A stretch of 64,000 nt of DNA from an uncultured Pseudomonadota bacterium (GTDB lineage: Bacteria > Pseudomonadota > Alphaproteobacteria > Rhizobiales > Hyphomicrobiaceae): NCBI GenBank assembly GCA_963846845.1, contig CAWJXQ010000013.1, positions 98,338 to 162,337 on the forward strand, given 5' to 3'. This document shows, one piece after another, positions 9,567 to 20,328 of this stretch. Within the stretch, counting starts at the first letter, position 1; each line of letters begins with the position of its first letter. A program made the position numbers and the translations under genes. The notes under the pieces were generated by a model. The model was not told where the DNA came from. It did not search any database and saw only the letters and a program-made list of their open reading frames with translations.

Positions 9567-9991
9567 TGCTGCCCGACGTGAACGTGGTGATTTACGCGTT
9601 CCGTAAAGACGTTCCACAACACGCCCTCTGTAACGCCTGGCTGACCTCGCTCGTCGCGAGTGATGGGCGCTTCGCCATGTCCACGTTGGTGACGAGCGCC
9701 CTCGTGCGTATTACCACCAACGAGCGGCGACCAGGCGAGGCGAGCACGCTTGAGGAGGCCTTCTTGTTCTGCGACTACCTTTTGGGCCAGCCGAACTGCA
9801 CCGTCGTCGAGCCGGGCGAGCGGCACTGGAGCATTTTTCGAAGGCTCTGCACGGACACCAACACCCGCGGCGCCGACGTCACTGACGCCTGGTTCGCCGC
9901 GCTCGCCATCGAGCACGGCTGCGAGTGGATCACGCTCGACCGTGACTTCGCCCGTTTCCCCGGCCTCAAGTGGAGCGTGCCGACAGCATAG
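9563..9991 (+). CDS. vapC: Type II toxin VapC (PIN domain ribonuclease)
   Basis: 142 aa. Begins MLPDVNVVIYAF and carries the C-terminal acidic motif DAWFAALAIEHGCEWITLDRDFARF, typical of PIN toxins. ATGA overlap with the antitoxin gene. Confidence 0.8.
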   Translation: MMLPDVNVVIYAFRKDVPQHALCNAWLTSLVASDGRFAMSTLVTSALVRITTNERRPGEASTLEEAFLFCDYLLGQPNCTVVEPGERHWSIFRRLCTDTNTRGADVTDAWFAALAIEHGCEWITLDRDFARFPGLKWSVPTA

Positions 9992-10091
9992 CCGAACCGC
10001 TTGCCGCGCCTTGATCGAACAGCTTGAGCCCGCGCCGTATCGATCCTAGATTTCAAAGACCCGGTACGCAGATCAGCGAGGAGAACCCGGC

Positions 10092-10367
10092 ATGTGCCGC
10101 AACATCCGCACGCTTTTCAATTTCGACCCGCCCGCTACCGACGCGGAGGTCCGTGCCTCGGCCCTGCAGTTCGTTCGTAAGCTGTCGGGCTTCAATGCGC
10201 CGTCGAAGGCAAATCAGGCTGCCTTCGAAATCGCCGTGGCCGAAGTCACGGCCACCGCGACGAAGCTGCTAGGGTCTCTCAAGACGACGAGTACGCCGCG
10301 CGACCGGGAGATCGAGGCCACGAAAGCGCGCGCCCGCGCGCAAGCGCGCTACATCCGCATTGCTTGA
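10092..10367 (+). CDS. DUF2277 domain-containing protein
   Basis: The N-terminus MCRNIRTLFNFDPPATDAEVRASALQFVRKLSGF is recalled as the DUF2277 signature. Confidence 0.65.
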   Translation: MCRNIRTLFNFDPPATDAEVRASALQFVRKLSGFNAPSKANQAAFEIAVAEVTATATKLLGSLKTTSTPRDREIEATKARARAQARYIRIA

Positions 10368-10417
10368 GCTTTTGCCGCATCGATGCAAGCCGTGGCCGTT
10401 CGGCGCAGCACCCGCAC

Positions 10418-11338
10418 TCAACTCTCGGCCAGAACGTCGGGAACGTACATTTCGCGCGCCACCGGATCGCGCGTGTAGTCGGGATTGAACACGCGCGCGG
10501 GCAGCGTGATGCCGTTGCGCGGCACCTCGGCATACGGCAGCTGTCCCAGTAGATGCGTGATGCAGTTGATGCGCGCCGCCTTCTTGTCGTCGGCTTCCAC
10601 CACCCACCACGGCGCTTCGGGAATATGCGTGCGCTCCAGCATCGCCTCCTTGGCCTTGGTGTAGGCCTCCCAGCGGCGGCGCGACTCCAGGTCCATCGGC
10701 GACAGCTTCCACTGCTTCAGCGGATCGTTGATGCGCATGTCGAAGCGGAAGTTCTGCTCCTCGTCGGTGATCGAGAACCAGTACTTCACCAGCTTGATGC
10801 CGGAGCGCACCAGCATGCGCTCGAACTCCGGCACGGAGCGGAAGAATTCCTCGACTTCGGCGTCCGTGCAGAAACCCATCACGCGTTCGACACCCGCGCG
10901 ATTGTACCAGCTGCGATCGAACAGCACGATCTCGCCGGCAGCCGGCAGGTGCGAGGCATAGCGCTGGAAATACCATTGCGTCTTCTCGCGTTCGCTCGGC
11001 GCCGGCAGCGCGGCGACGCGGCAGACGCGCGGATTGAGCCGCTGCGTAATGCGCTTGATGACGCCGCCCTTGCCGGCCGCGTCCCGCCCCTCGAAGATCA
11101 CGACGACGGGTAGCTTCTGCTGCACCACCCAGTCCTGCAGCTTGACGAGCTCCCGCTGCAGCCGGAACAGCTCCTTGAAGTACCGCTTGCGCGCCACGCG
11201 TTCCGCGTCCGTCGGCTCCGGCCCATCCGCCAGCAACCCCGCGCTGCGCTCGTCTTCGAGCTCCAGCTCCAGTTCCTCATCGAAACTGTCGAGCATCTCC
11301 GCCCGCACCTTCGCCGCGTGTGAGGTGGTGTTGGTCAT
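10418..11338 (-). CDS. ppk2: Polyphosphate kinase 2
   Basis: Walker A EGRDAAGKGG; motifs RYASHLPAAGEIVLFDRSWYNRAGVERVMGF and YWFSITDEEQ. The start was set at MTNTTSH inside ORF 10418..11431. Confidence 0.85.
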   Translation of the reverse strand: MTNTTSHAAKVRAEMLDSFDEELELELEDERSAGLLADGPEPTDAERVARKRYFKELFRLQRELVKLQDWVVQQKLPVVVIFEGRDAAGKGGVIKRITQRLNPRVCRVAALPAPSEREKTQWYFQRYASHLPAAGEIVLFDRSWYNRAGVERVMGFCTDAEVEEFFRSVPEFERMLVRSGIKLVKYWFSITDEEQNFRFDMRINDPLKQWKLSPMDLESRRRWEAYTKAKEAMLERTHIPEAPWWVVEADDKKAARINCITHLLGQLPYAEVPRNGITLPARVFNPDYTRDPVAREMYVPDVLAES

Positions 11339-11649
11339 GGTGAGAGCCCCAGCTGCTGCCGCTAAGGCCGATATGTCCGAGACGCGTATGACAGCGGGAT
11401 GACAGGGCAGCGCCGGTCGGCTCAGTCCCATTGGTCATAGATTACAGTATGGTCGTCACGTGCCTTCACTAGTCGAATGGCGTCGCGCCGATGGAGTCCG
11501 CAAATCCGCTGATCCATTGCCAATAACGACACGGGCGACTTGTGTAAACCAGAGGGCCAGAGAGGGTGAATATTCACCAGCAGGCTAGTCTGCTACTCGT
11601 GCCAGTTCAGCCATCGAGGATCCCGCCAACCTCGCTCCCTGAGCACCAC

Positions 11650-12075
11650 CTACCCCATCAACTTCTTCAGCTTCCGCCCCGTCTTCGACTTCAACTCCTT
11701 GCAATCCACCGTCCCGTCGTTGTCCGGGTTGGCCGCCTTGAACGCTGCCTCGACGACGGCCATGTACTCCGCCTTGTCGAGCGTGCCGTCCTTGTCGGGG
11801 TTGGCCTTCTTGAAGGCCTTCTTGCTCATCAGGCCCTTGGTTTCTTTCATGTCCAGCGTGCCATCGTTGTCGGGATCGTGCTTGGCGAAGGCCTTGGCCG
11901 CGGCCGCCTTCACTTCCGCCAGATCGAGCGTGCCGTCGTTGTCCGGATCAAACTTCGCCACCGACTTGCACACTTTGTCCGGTGCGGCTTGAGCCGATTG
12001 CGCCATCGCAAACGCCGCCAGCGCGGCAAGCACCGCCACGCGACCAAATTTCAACGCATTCATGTTTCTCTCCAA
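11650..12075 (-). CDS. Secreted EF-hand calcium-binding protein (four EF loops)
   Basis: Signal peptide AVLAALAAFAMAQSAQA, then four repeats: DPDNDGTLDLAEV, DPDNDGTLDMKET, NPDKDGTLDKAEY, NPDNDGTVDCKEL. Confidence 0.8.
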   Translation of the reverse strand: MERNMNALKFGRVAVLAALAAFAMAQSAQAAPDKVCKSVAKFDPDNDGTLDLAEVKAAAAKAFAKHDPDNDGTLDMKETKGLMSKKAFKKANPDKDGTLDKAEYMAVVEAAFKAANPDNDGTVDCKELKSKTGRKLKKLMG

Positions 12076-12082
12076 AGTTGCT

Positions 12083-12424
12083 TCACCCGCGGTCGCTTAG
12101 TTCTAACCGGACGCAGTCGAGTGCCGCACTAGTTGGGCGAGTGTACGGCGCCCGGCGCCATTCCTGCCACTTCCAGTCCTCGACCGGCCGCCCTTTGACC
12201 GTCACTGAGATCACGCCATCCAACCGCATTTTTTCGATGCTCCGCAACGCGTGTTCGCGATCACAATCGAAGACACAGCGTTCCAGATACTGATAGGTCT
12301 CGCTGGACCCACTTAGGTAGTCGAGCAATTCCAGTTCTGCCGGGAAGGACATGAGGAGCTCCGGATCGCACAGCACTCTAAATAATATCGCGCCGATGCT
12401 CTCCTGCAATCCCTCCCCCTGCAA
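12083..12424 (-). CDS. Hypothetical protein (orphan), 7 nt upstream of the EF-hand gene
   Basis: 113-aa ORF with protein-like composition and lower GC. No family recognised. Confidence 0.4.
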   Translation of the reverse strand: MQGEGLQESIGAILFRVLCDPELLMSFPAELELLDYLSGSSETYQYLERCVFDCDREHALRSIEKMRLDGVISVTVKGRPVEDWKWQEWRRAPYTRPTSAALDCVRLELSDRG

Positions 12425-12493
12425 TCATCCGTAAGCGGACTTGTGCCGCAGATCAAAAAACAACATATTTAGCCCAAATCCTTTGAGGCCGGC

Positions 12494-13051
12494 ATGCGCG
12501 TTTGGCAGATCACGCTGATGGTGTTGTTCACAAGTATAGGACTTGTCACGGCGGCACGTGCTGACGCGATGACGGCGAGCCTGCGCGGCCTGCTCATAGA
12601 ATACCGCTGCGAGGTCGTCGGGCGGCTCGAACAAATCTACCATCACGTCCGTGATGATGGAGACCAGTCGAGCTATCGTGATCGCTTCCTGGCGGTGTCT
12701 GTCCCCGCGCGCTCGCAGAGCTATGTGCAGTGCATGTTTATCGAGAGCAGGAGCAAGGTCGTTTGCGAGGCGTCATCCGGATTTCATGCTACAAAAAGCG
12801 ATGAGCCGCGCACCCACTGGCTCCCGGCCGAAGCGGTCAGCGCGCTGGCCCGCCTCGGCTTTTCCACTGACGACAGCGCGGGCAACTTTCAGCGCATATC
12901 GGATGTGACGTCGCCTCCGGACTTCAACGCGTTGGCGGACCTAATCCTTGCCGCGCTTCACAATGCCTACGGCGCGCGCGCACATATCAGTTTGCTGTTC
13001 AACGCGCCGTTTGCTCCAGGTACAATTACGACCTGCATTCCCCTCAGTTGA
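12494..13051 (+). CDS. Hypothetical secreted protein (orphan)
   Basis: 185-aa ORF with signal peptide ITLMVLFTSIGLVTAARADA and five Cys in total. No family recognised. Confidence 0.5.
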   Translation: MRVWQITLMVLFTSIGLVTAARADAMTASLRGLLIEYRCEVVGRLEQIYHHVRDDGDQSSYRDRFLAVSVPARSQSYVQCMFIESRSKVVCEASSGFHATKSDEPRTHWLPAEAVSALARLGFSTDDSAGNFQRISDVTSPPDFNALADLILAALHNAYGARAHISLLFNAPFAPGTITTCIPLS

Positions 13052-13074
13052 TTAACAGCGGATTTTCCCGCACC

Positions 13075-15431
<2,357 letters not shown>

Positions 15432-15435
15432 GCTC

Positions 15436-15532
15436 CCGTCCCTTCGCCGGCATGACCCGGATCAGGTTCAAAGGGTGCTCGCGCGATCGATAGCGCAATC
15501 TCAGCCGGATACCCCCGGCGCCCCTCGGACCG
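15436..15532 (-). promoter_or_regulatory. TPP (THI-box) riboswitch
   Basis: The minus strand reads CGAGGGGCGCCGGGGGTATCCGGCTGAGATTGCGC...GCACCCTTTGAACCTGATCCGGGTCATGCCGGCGAAGGGACGGGAGC-ATG. This matches the conserved GGGG.GCC / GCTGAGA / ACCC..TGAACCTGATC.GG.TAATGCC.GCG.AGGGA core. The 3' end overlaps the RBS. Confidence 0.9.
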
Positions 15533-15634
15533 TGCTCAGTGTGCAATCTTTTCCGCTGGCATGCAAGAGACACAGCCGAACCGCACGGGCCTATGGGCCC
15601 GCCGGATAGCGAACAGAAGCTTGTCGGTGAGGGG

Positions 15635-16978
15635 CTAGTTTACCCGCATGCCCTCGGCATCCACCCTCAAACCGTCGGCTTCCGTCTCTGCCTTCAGCTT
15701 GTTGACCGGTGACGGCATGCGCGTCTCGTCGCCGCCGATCATCCGCTTGTAGTTGACGGTGCGGATCATCTCGCGAATACGCGGTTGGATTTCCGTGCGC
15801 CAGCGCGTGCCGTTGAATACGCCGTAGTGCCCCACGCCCATCTGCACGTAATGATACTTCTCGTCGCTCGGCACGTTCGTGCACAGGTCGAGCGCCGCTT
15901 TCGTCTGGCCGAGGCCGCAGATATCGTCGCGCTCGCCTTCCACAGAAATGATCGCCGTCTTGCGGATGGCCGAACAGTCCACCTTCTCGCCGCGATGCAT
16001 CATCTTTCCGTCTGGCAGCAGGTGATCCTGGAACACGGTTTGCACCGTCTGCAGGTAGAACTCCTCCGTGAGGTCCATCACGGCCATGTACTCGTCGTAG
16101 AATTCCTGGTGCTGCTTGACGCTGTCGCAGTCGCCCTTGACCAGGTTGCTGAACAGGTCGCGATGCGCCTTCACGTGCTTTTCCAGGTTCATCGTCATGA
16201 AGCCGGTCAGCTGCATGAAGCCTGGATAGACGCGGCGCATCATCCCCGCGTGCGGGAAGGGCACGGTCGAGACCACGTTGTTGGCGAACCACGACAGCGG
16301 CCGCTCCATCGCCAGCTTGTTGACCACGGTGGGATTGCGCCGCGTATCGATCGGCCCGCCCATCATCGTCAGCGATGCCGGCTGGATCGCGCTGTCGCGC
16401 GACGCCATGATCGCGGTTGCCGCCAATGCCGGCACTGCCGGCTGGCACACGGCGATGATGTGCGTGTTGGGCCCAAGGAATTCGACGAAGTCGATGATGT
16501 AGTCGATAAAGTCGTCGAGATCGAAGCGGCCCTGCACCATCGGCACTTCGCGCGCGTCCATCCAGTCGGTGATGTACAGGTTGTGCTCCGGCAGCATGGC
16601 CTGCACCGTGCCGCGCAGCAGCGTCGCGTAGTGGCCCGACATCGGCGCCACCAGTAGCACCTTGGGATCGTAGCGATCGCCCGCGATGGTCCGGTCGCGA
16701 TCGAAGTGGAGCAGGTTACAGAACGGTTTGCGCAGCACAATTTCTTCGCGGATCGGCACGTCCAGGCCGCCCATTTTCACGCTCTCGATGCCAAAATGTG
16801 GCTTTCCGTAGCGCCGCGTCACGTTCTCGAAAAGCTCACAGGCAGCGGACATGCTGCGCGCCAGCGGCGTCTGGGAGAAGGGATTGAAAGGAAAGTTGAT
16901 TCCAGCTTTCAATGTCTCGACGCCGATGCGCATCGGAGACAGCATGGCGTGCGCCAGCTCGTAAGCGTGGTAGTTCAT
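15635..16978 (-). CDS. phaZ: Intracellular polyhydroxyalkanoate depolymerase PhaZ
   Basis: 447 aa. The N-terminus MNYHAYELAHAMLSPMRIG...NPFSQTPLARSMSAACELFENVTRRYGKPHFGI is typical of PhaZ. Confidence 0.85.
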   Translation of the reverse strand: MNYHAYELAHAMLSPMRIGVETLKAGINFPFNPFSQTPLARSMSAACELFENVTRRYGKPHFGIESVKMGGLDVPIREEIVLRKPFCNLLHFDRDRTIAGDRYDPKVLLVAPMSGHYATLLRGTVQAMLPEHNLYITDWMDAREVPMVQGRFDLDDFIDYIIDFVEFLGPNTHIIAVCQPAVPALAATAIMASRDSAIQPASLTMMGGPIDTRRNPTVVNKLAMERPLSWFANNVVSTVPFPHAGMMRRVYPGFMQLTGFMTMNLEKHVKAHRDLFSNLVKGDCDSVKQHQEFYDEYMAVMDLTEEFYLQTVQTVFQDHLLPDGKMMHRGEKVDCSAIRKTAIISVEGERDDICGLGQTKAALDLCTNVPSDEKYHYVQMGVGHYGVFNGTRWRTEIQPRIREMIRTVNYKRMIGGDETRMPSPVNKLKAETEADGLRVDAEGMRVN

Positions 16979-17646
16979 GCGCTCAGCTCTCCCGGAAGCC
17001 CGTCTTCAACTATGTCTGAATTGTGATGCTACGTTTGCGGTGCAGCATTCCGCAAGGGGAAACTCGCCACAGGCCTTGCGTTAAAGTTATGCCTGGCCCG
17101 CGGGAATGGCGTCTGTCCGACGTGGAACATGCGACTTTGGACGAGCTTTGGAGCTGGTTCGGCTCGGCCGCCGCGTAGGCCAGCCCGTGAGCACGACCGC
17201 CCAAAAGCGCCTGAATGAGCCGGTTTCGACGCTCGGCACCACCTATGTGCGGGCGGCCCTCGGCCGTGCATCCCGCCGTTTACCTTCTTGCCGTGTTGCT
17301 GCGGGTCGCCCTGTGTGCCTGACTTTTCACCAGCTTTTCTCTTTCGCCGCAGCGTGCGGAGCTGCCGTCCGGGTCGCCGCACGTTGCTGCTGATCGTCCT
17401 CATCGGCTGCTGTCGGCGGGCTCACGACGGTCTCGTCTCGTTGCCAGCCAGTCCAGCGGTGGCCGCGCCGCGCTCTCCGCGAGCGGCCTAGCGGGCGTCC
17501 TCTCGTTCCGGCTGGCGGACTAGCCGGCGCGCAGGTGACGCTATGCGGACAATCAGCCGGCTGCAGGCGAAGTTGCGCAAATGCTCCTGGCAAAGTGCGC
17601 GATCTGCTGGAATGATGTGGCGTCAACCTGGGGATTGGAGGGTTAA

Positions 17647-17850
17647 ATGACGTACGTAGCCAAGACGGCTCTTGCCGTCGCACTCGCACTGGCACTCGCT
17701 CCCGTTGCGGCCGAAGCCAAGGGCAAGGCCAAGCCGAAATCGGAGACCGCCGAGATCGATCAGTTCTTCAAGGAGATCGACACCTCGATCGACAAGACCT
17801 TCAAGCAGATCGACAAGGACCTCGTCAGCCTGACCAAGGCTCCGAAGTAA
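17647..17850 (+). CDS. Small secreted Lys-rich protein (67 aa)
   Basis: GGAGGG RBS, signal peptide ALAVALALALAPVAAEA, and a strong terminator immediately downstream. Confidence 0.6.
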   Translation: MTYVAKTALAVALALALAPVAAEAKGKAKPKSETAEIDQFFKEIDTSIDKTFKQIDKDLVSLTKAPK

Positions 17851-17871
17851 GCCACCGCGATGATATGCTGC

Positions 17872-17905
17872 GAGGCCTCTCCCTTCCGGGAGGGGCCTTT
17901 TTTGT
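17872..17905 (+). terminator. Rho-independent terminator
   Basis: Stem gaggcctctccc/gggaggggcct with a tetraloop, followed by TTTTTTG. Confidence 0.8.
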
Positions 17906-17961
17906 CTTCATTACGGTTCCCCAGCGGGTGCCATATTTGAACGCTGCACCAACTCACGTGT

Positions 17962-18092
17962 GTCATCCTCGGGCTTGTCCCGAGGACCTATCGGGCAGCG
18001 GAAGGGACGTTTGCGGGCCTGGACTGGCGGTCCGTCACAACAGGCGGTAGCCGGGCGGATGGTTGGGTCCTCGGGACGAGCCCGAGGATGAC
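17962..18092. repeat. MITE-like element, copy A (27-nt terminal inverted repeats)
   Basis: The arms gtcatcctcgggcttgtcccgaggacc (17962-17988) and ggtcctcgggacgagcccgaggatgac (18066-18092) are reverse complements with one mismatch. The interior shares gcagcgga.ggg and gcggatggttgg with copy B. Confidence 0.7.
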
Positions 18093-18157
18093 AACCTCGA
18101 AACGGTCGCGCTCCATCAAGCGCATCAAAATATATATAAGCCGCAGCCACCGCCCCG

Positions 18158-20288
18158 CTAACGCCCCTCGCGCCACCAGGCGATGGCCATCAGGAACAGC
18201 AGCGCGGCGAGCGCGGCAAGCCCCGTGAACATCGGCGTCAGCTTCACGCCGCGCGTCACGAACGCCTCGCGATCCTTCAGCCCCATCCATCCCGTGCCGG
18301 CCAAAACCTTGGCGCCCGACATCATCGTGATGCGCGGCAGGTCCACCTTGCTGGCGTCGTTCTCGCCGCCGAGCAGGCTCGACGCCCGCGTCCAGAACGC
18401 GCCGCCGCCGGTGGCATCGTTGATCGGTTTCATCTTGTCGGGCGTCGCCGTCACTTCGCTCATCTCGCGCGGATCTTCCGTGCCGGCGTGCGCCACCGCC
18501 GTCAGCTGGCCCGACGTTGCGTTCGTCTCGGCCTTGTAGAGCCCCGGCAGCTTCACATCGATCGTGCTCTTCCACAGGCCCGGCGAACCGCCCGGCTCCA
18601 GCGTCACCTCGGTCGTCTCGCCGGCGGGCCCGGAAACCTTCACCGGGTCGACGCTGGCTTCCATCGAGCGCCGCTCCAGCGACACCTTCATGCCGGTTGC
18701 CGTCGCGATCAGCCGCTCCTCTTCGAGATCCGGCTCCTTCATCAGCCAGTGCGACAAGCGCCGTAAGAGGTCGGTATGCGGCCCGCCGCCTTCGTAGCCG
18801 CGCGCCCACAGCCACGCCTGGTCCGACGTCAGCAGCGCCACGCGGCCCTTGCCCTTGCGGTCGAGCACCAGCAGCGGCCGGTCCTCCGCGCCCTTCATCA
18901 CCGTGCGCCCGTGATCCGGCCGCACCTCGACCTGGCGGAACCAGCGGCCCCACGACGGCGTGGCGTTGATGTTGGTGCCCATGCCCGGCAGCCCGCGCGT
19001 CACGGGATGCTTGGCACCGTCGTCGGTGATCTTTGCCTTGAACGGCTCCTCGATCACGCGACCCGTCGGCCCGGCCGGCAGCACCGGCGACAGCGGCGTG
19101 CGGTAGAGGCTCGTCAGCCCGGCATAGTCGTCGCCGGCGGCCACAAGCAGCGCGCCGCCGTGCTGTTCCACATAGCGCGCGATGTTGTCGTAGTAGATCA
19201 GCTGCAGAATGCCGCGATGCTCGTAGCGGTCGAAGATGATCAGGTCGAAATCGGCGATCTTCTCCGAAAACAGCTCGCGCGTCGGGAAGGCGATCAGCGA
19301 CAGCTGGTTGATCGGCGTGCCGTCCTGCTTCTCCGGCGGCCGCAGAATGGTAAAGTGCACCAGGTCGACCGCCGCGTCAGACTTCAGCAGATTGCGCCAC
19401 GTGCGCTCGCCCGCGTGCGGCTCGCCCGACACCAGCAGCACGCGCAAATTCTCGCGCACGCCTTCCGCCGTAATGACAGCCCGGTTGTTGGCCGGCGTCA
19501 GCTCGCCCGTCGCCGGCTCAAGTTCCACCTCGAGGATGTTCGTGCCCGCGTGCGGGAAATCCATCGCGATCGCCACCGGCTCGTCGATGCCGACGCGGCG
19601 CACTTCATCGGGCCGGCCATCACGGCGAATGCGCAGGGCGACCGAATCCGTCAGCCGCGTTTTCTTGCCCGTCTCGCGCACCGCCACTTCGATCTCGCGC
19701 GTCTGGCCGACGATGCCGTAGCGCGGCGCCTTCACCACCTCGATGCGCCGGTCGAATTCATCCGGCCGTCCCGTCAGCAGCGTGTGCACGGGCGCATCGA
19801 AGCCGAGTGCGGCGGCCGACTTCGGCACGTCGTGCACCTGCCCGTCGGTCGCGAAGATCACGCCCGCCAGCCGGTCCGTCGGCGTGTCGGTGAGTGCCGC
19901 GTTGAGGTCCGCAAAAAGTTGCGTGCCCTGGCTGCCCTCGTTCGGCCGCGCCGCGTCCACCCACTTCACCTGCAGGTTGGGAATGGCACCCAGCTTCTTC
20001 TCAAGATCCGCCCTGATGGCGCGCATCTGCTCGGGCCGCTTCTCCAGCGCCTGGCTCGTGCTCTCGTCCAGCACCACGATGGCGACGTTGGCGAGGCTTT
20101 CGCGCTCCTCCTGCCGCAGCGTCGGGTTGGCCAGCGCCGCGATCAGCGCGGCCAGCGCCGCAGCGCGCAAGCGCCGCCCCGCGCGAACGCCGCCACAGCA
20201 GCAGGCCCACCAGCACGGCTGCCAGAACCGCAGCGATCCAGAAGAATGGACCCGGCAGCAGCGGTGCAAAATCGACGGACCAGTTCAT
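18158..20288 (-). pseudogene. Large membrane protein of the MoxR/DUF58/DUF4159 module (frame interrupted near 20170)
   Basis: 703-aa ORF 18158..20269. The N-terminal TM segment MNWSVDFAPLLPGPFFWIAAVLAAVLVGLLLWRRSRGAA is in another frame (ORF 20001..20288) and joins at ...ALRAAALAALIAALANPTL. C-terminal TM helix present. Confidence 0.65.
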
Positions 20289-20328
20289 CGCAACCTTTCC
20301 TGTTGTGCCGCGCGCGTGTTCGCCAAGC

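Noticed and set aside
17000-17646. ~650-nt ORF-poor stretch upstream of phaZ; checked for phaR, phasin or a frameshifted gene
   Set aside because: No frame, or combination of frames, gave recognisable PhaR (KKYPNRRLYDT-type) or phasin sequence. No convincing structure or motif was found. Left unannotated.
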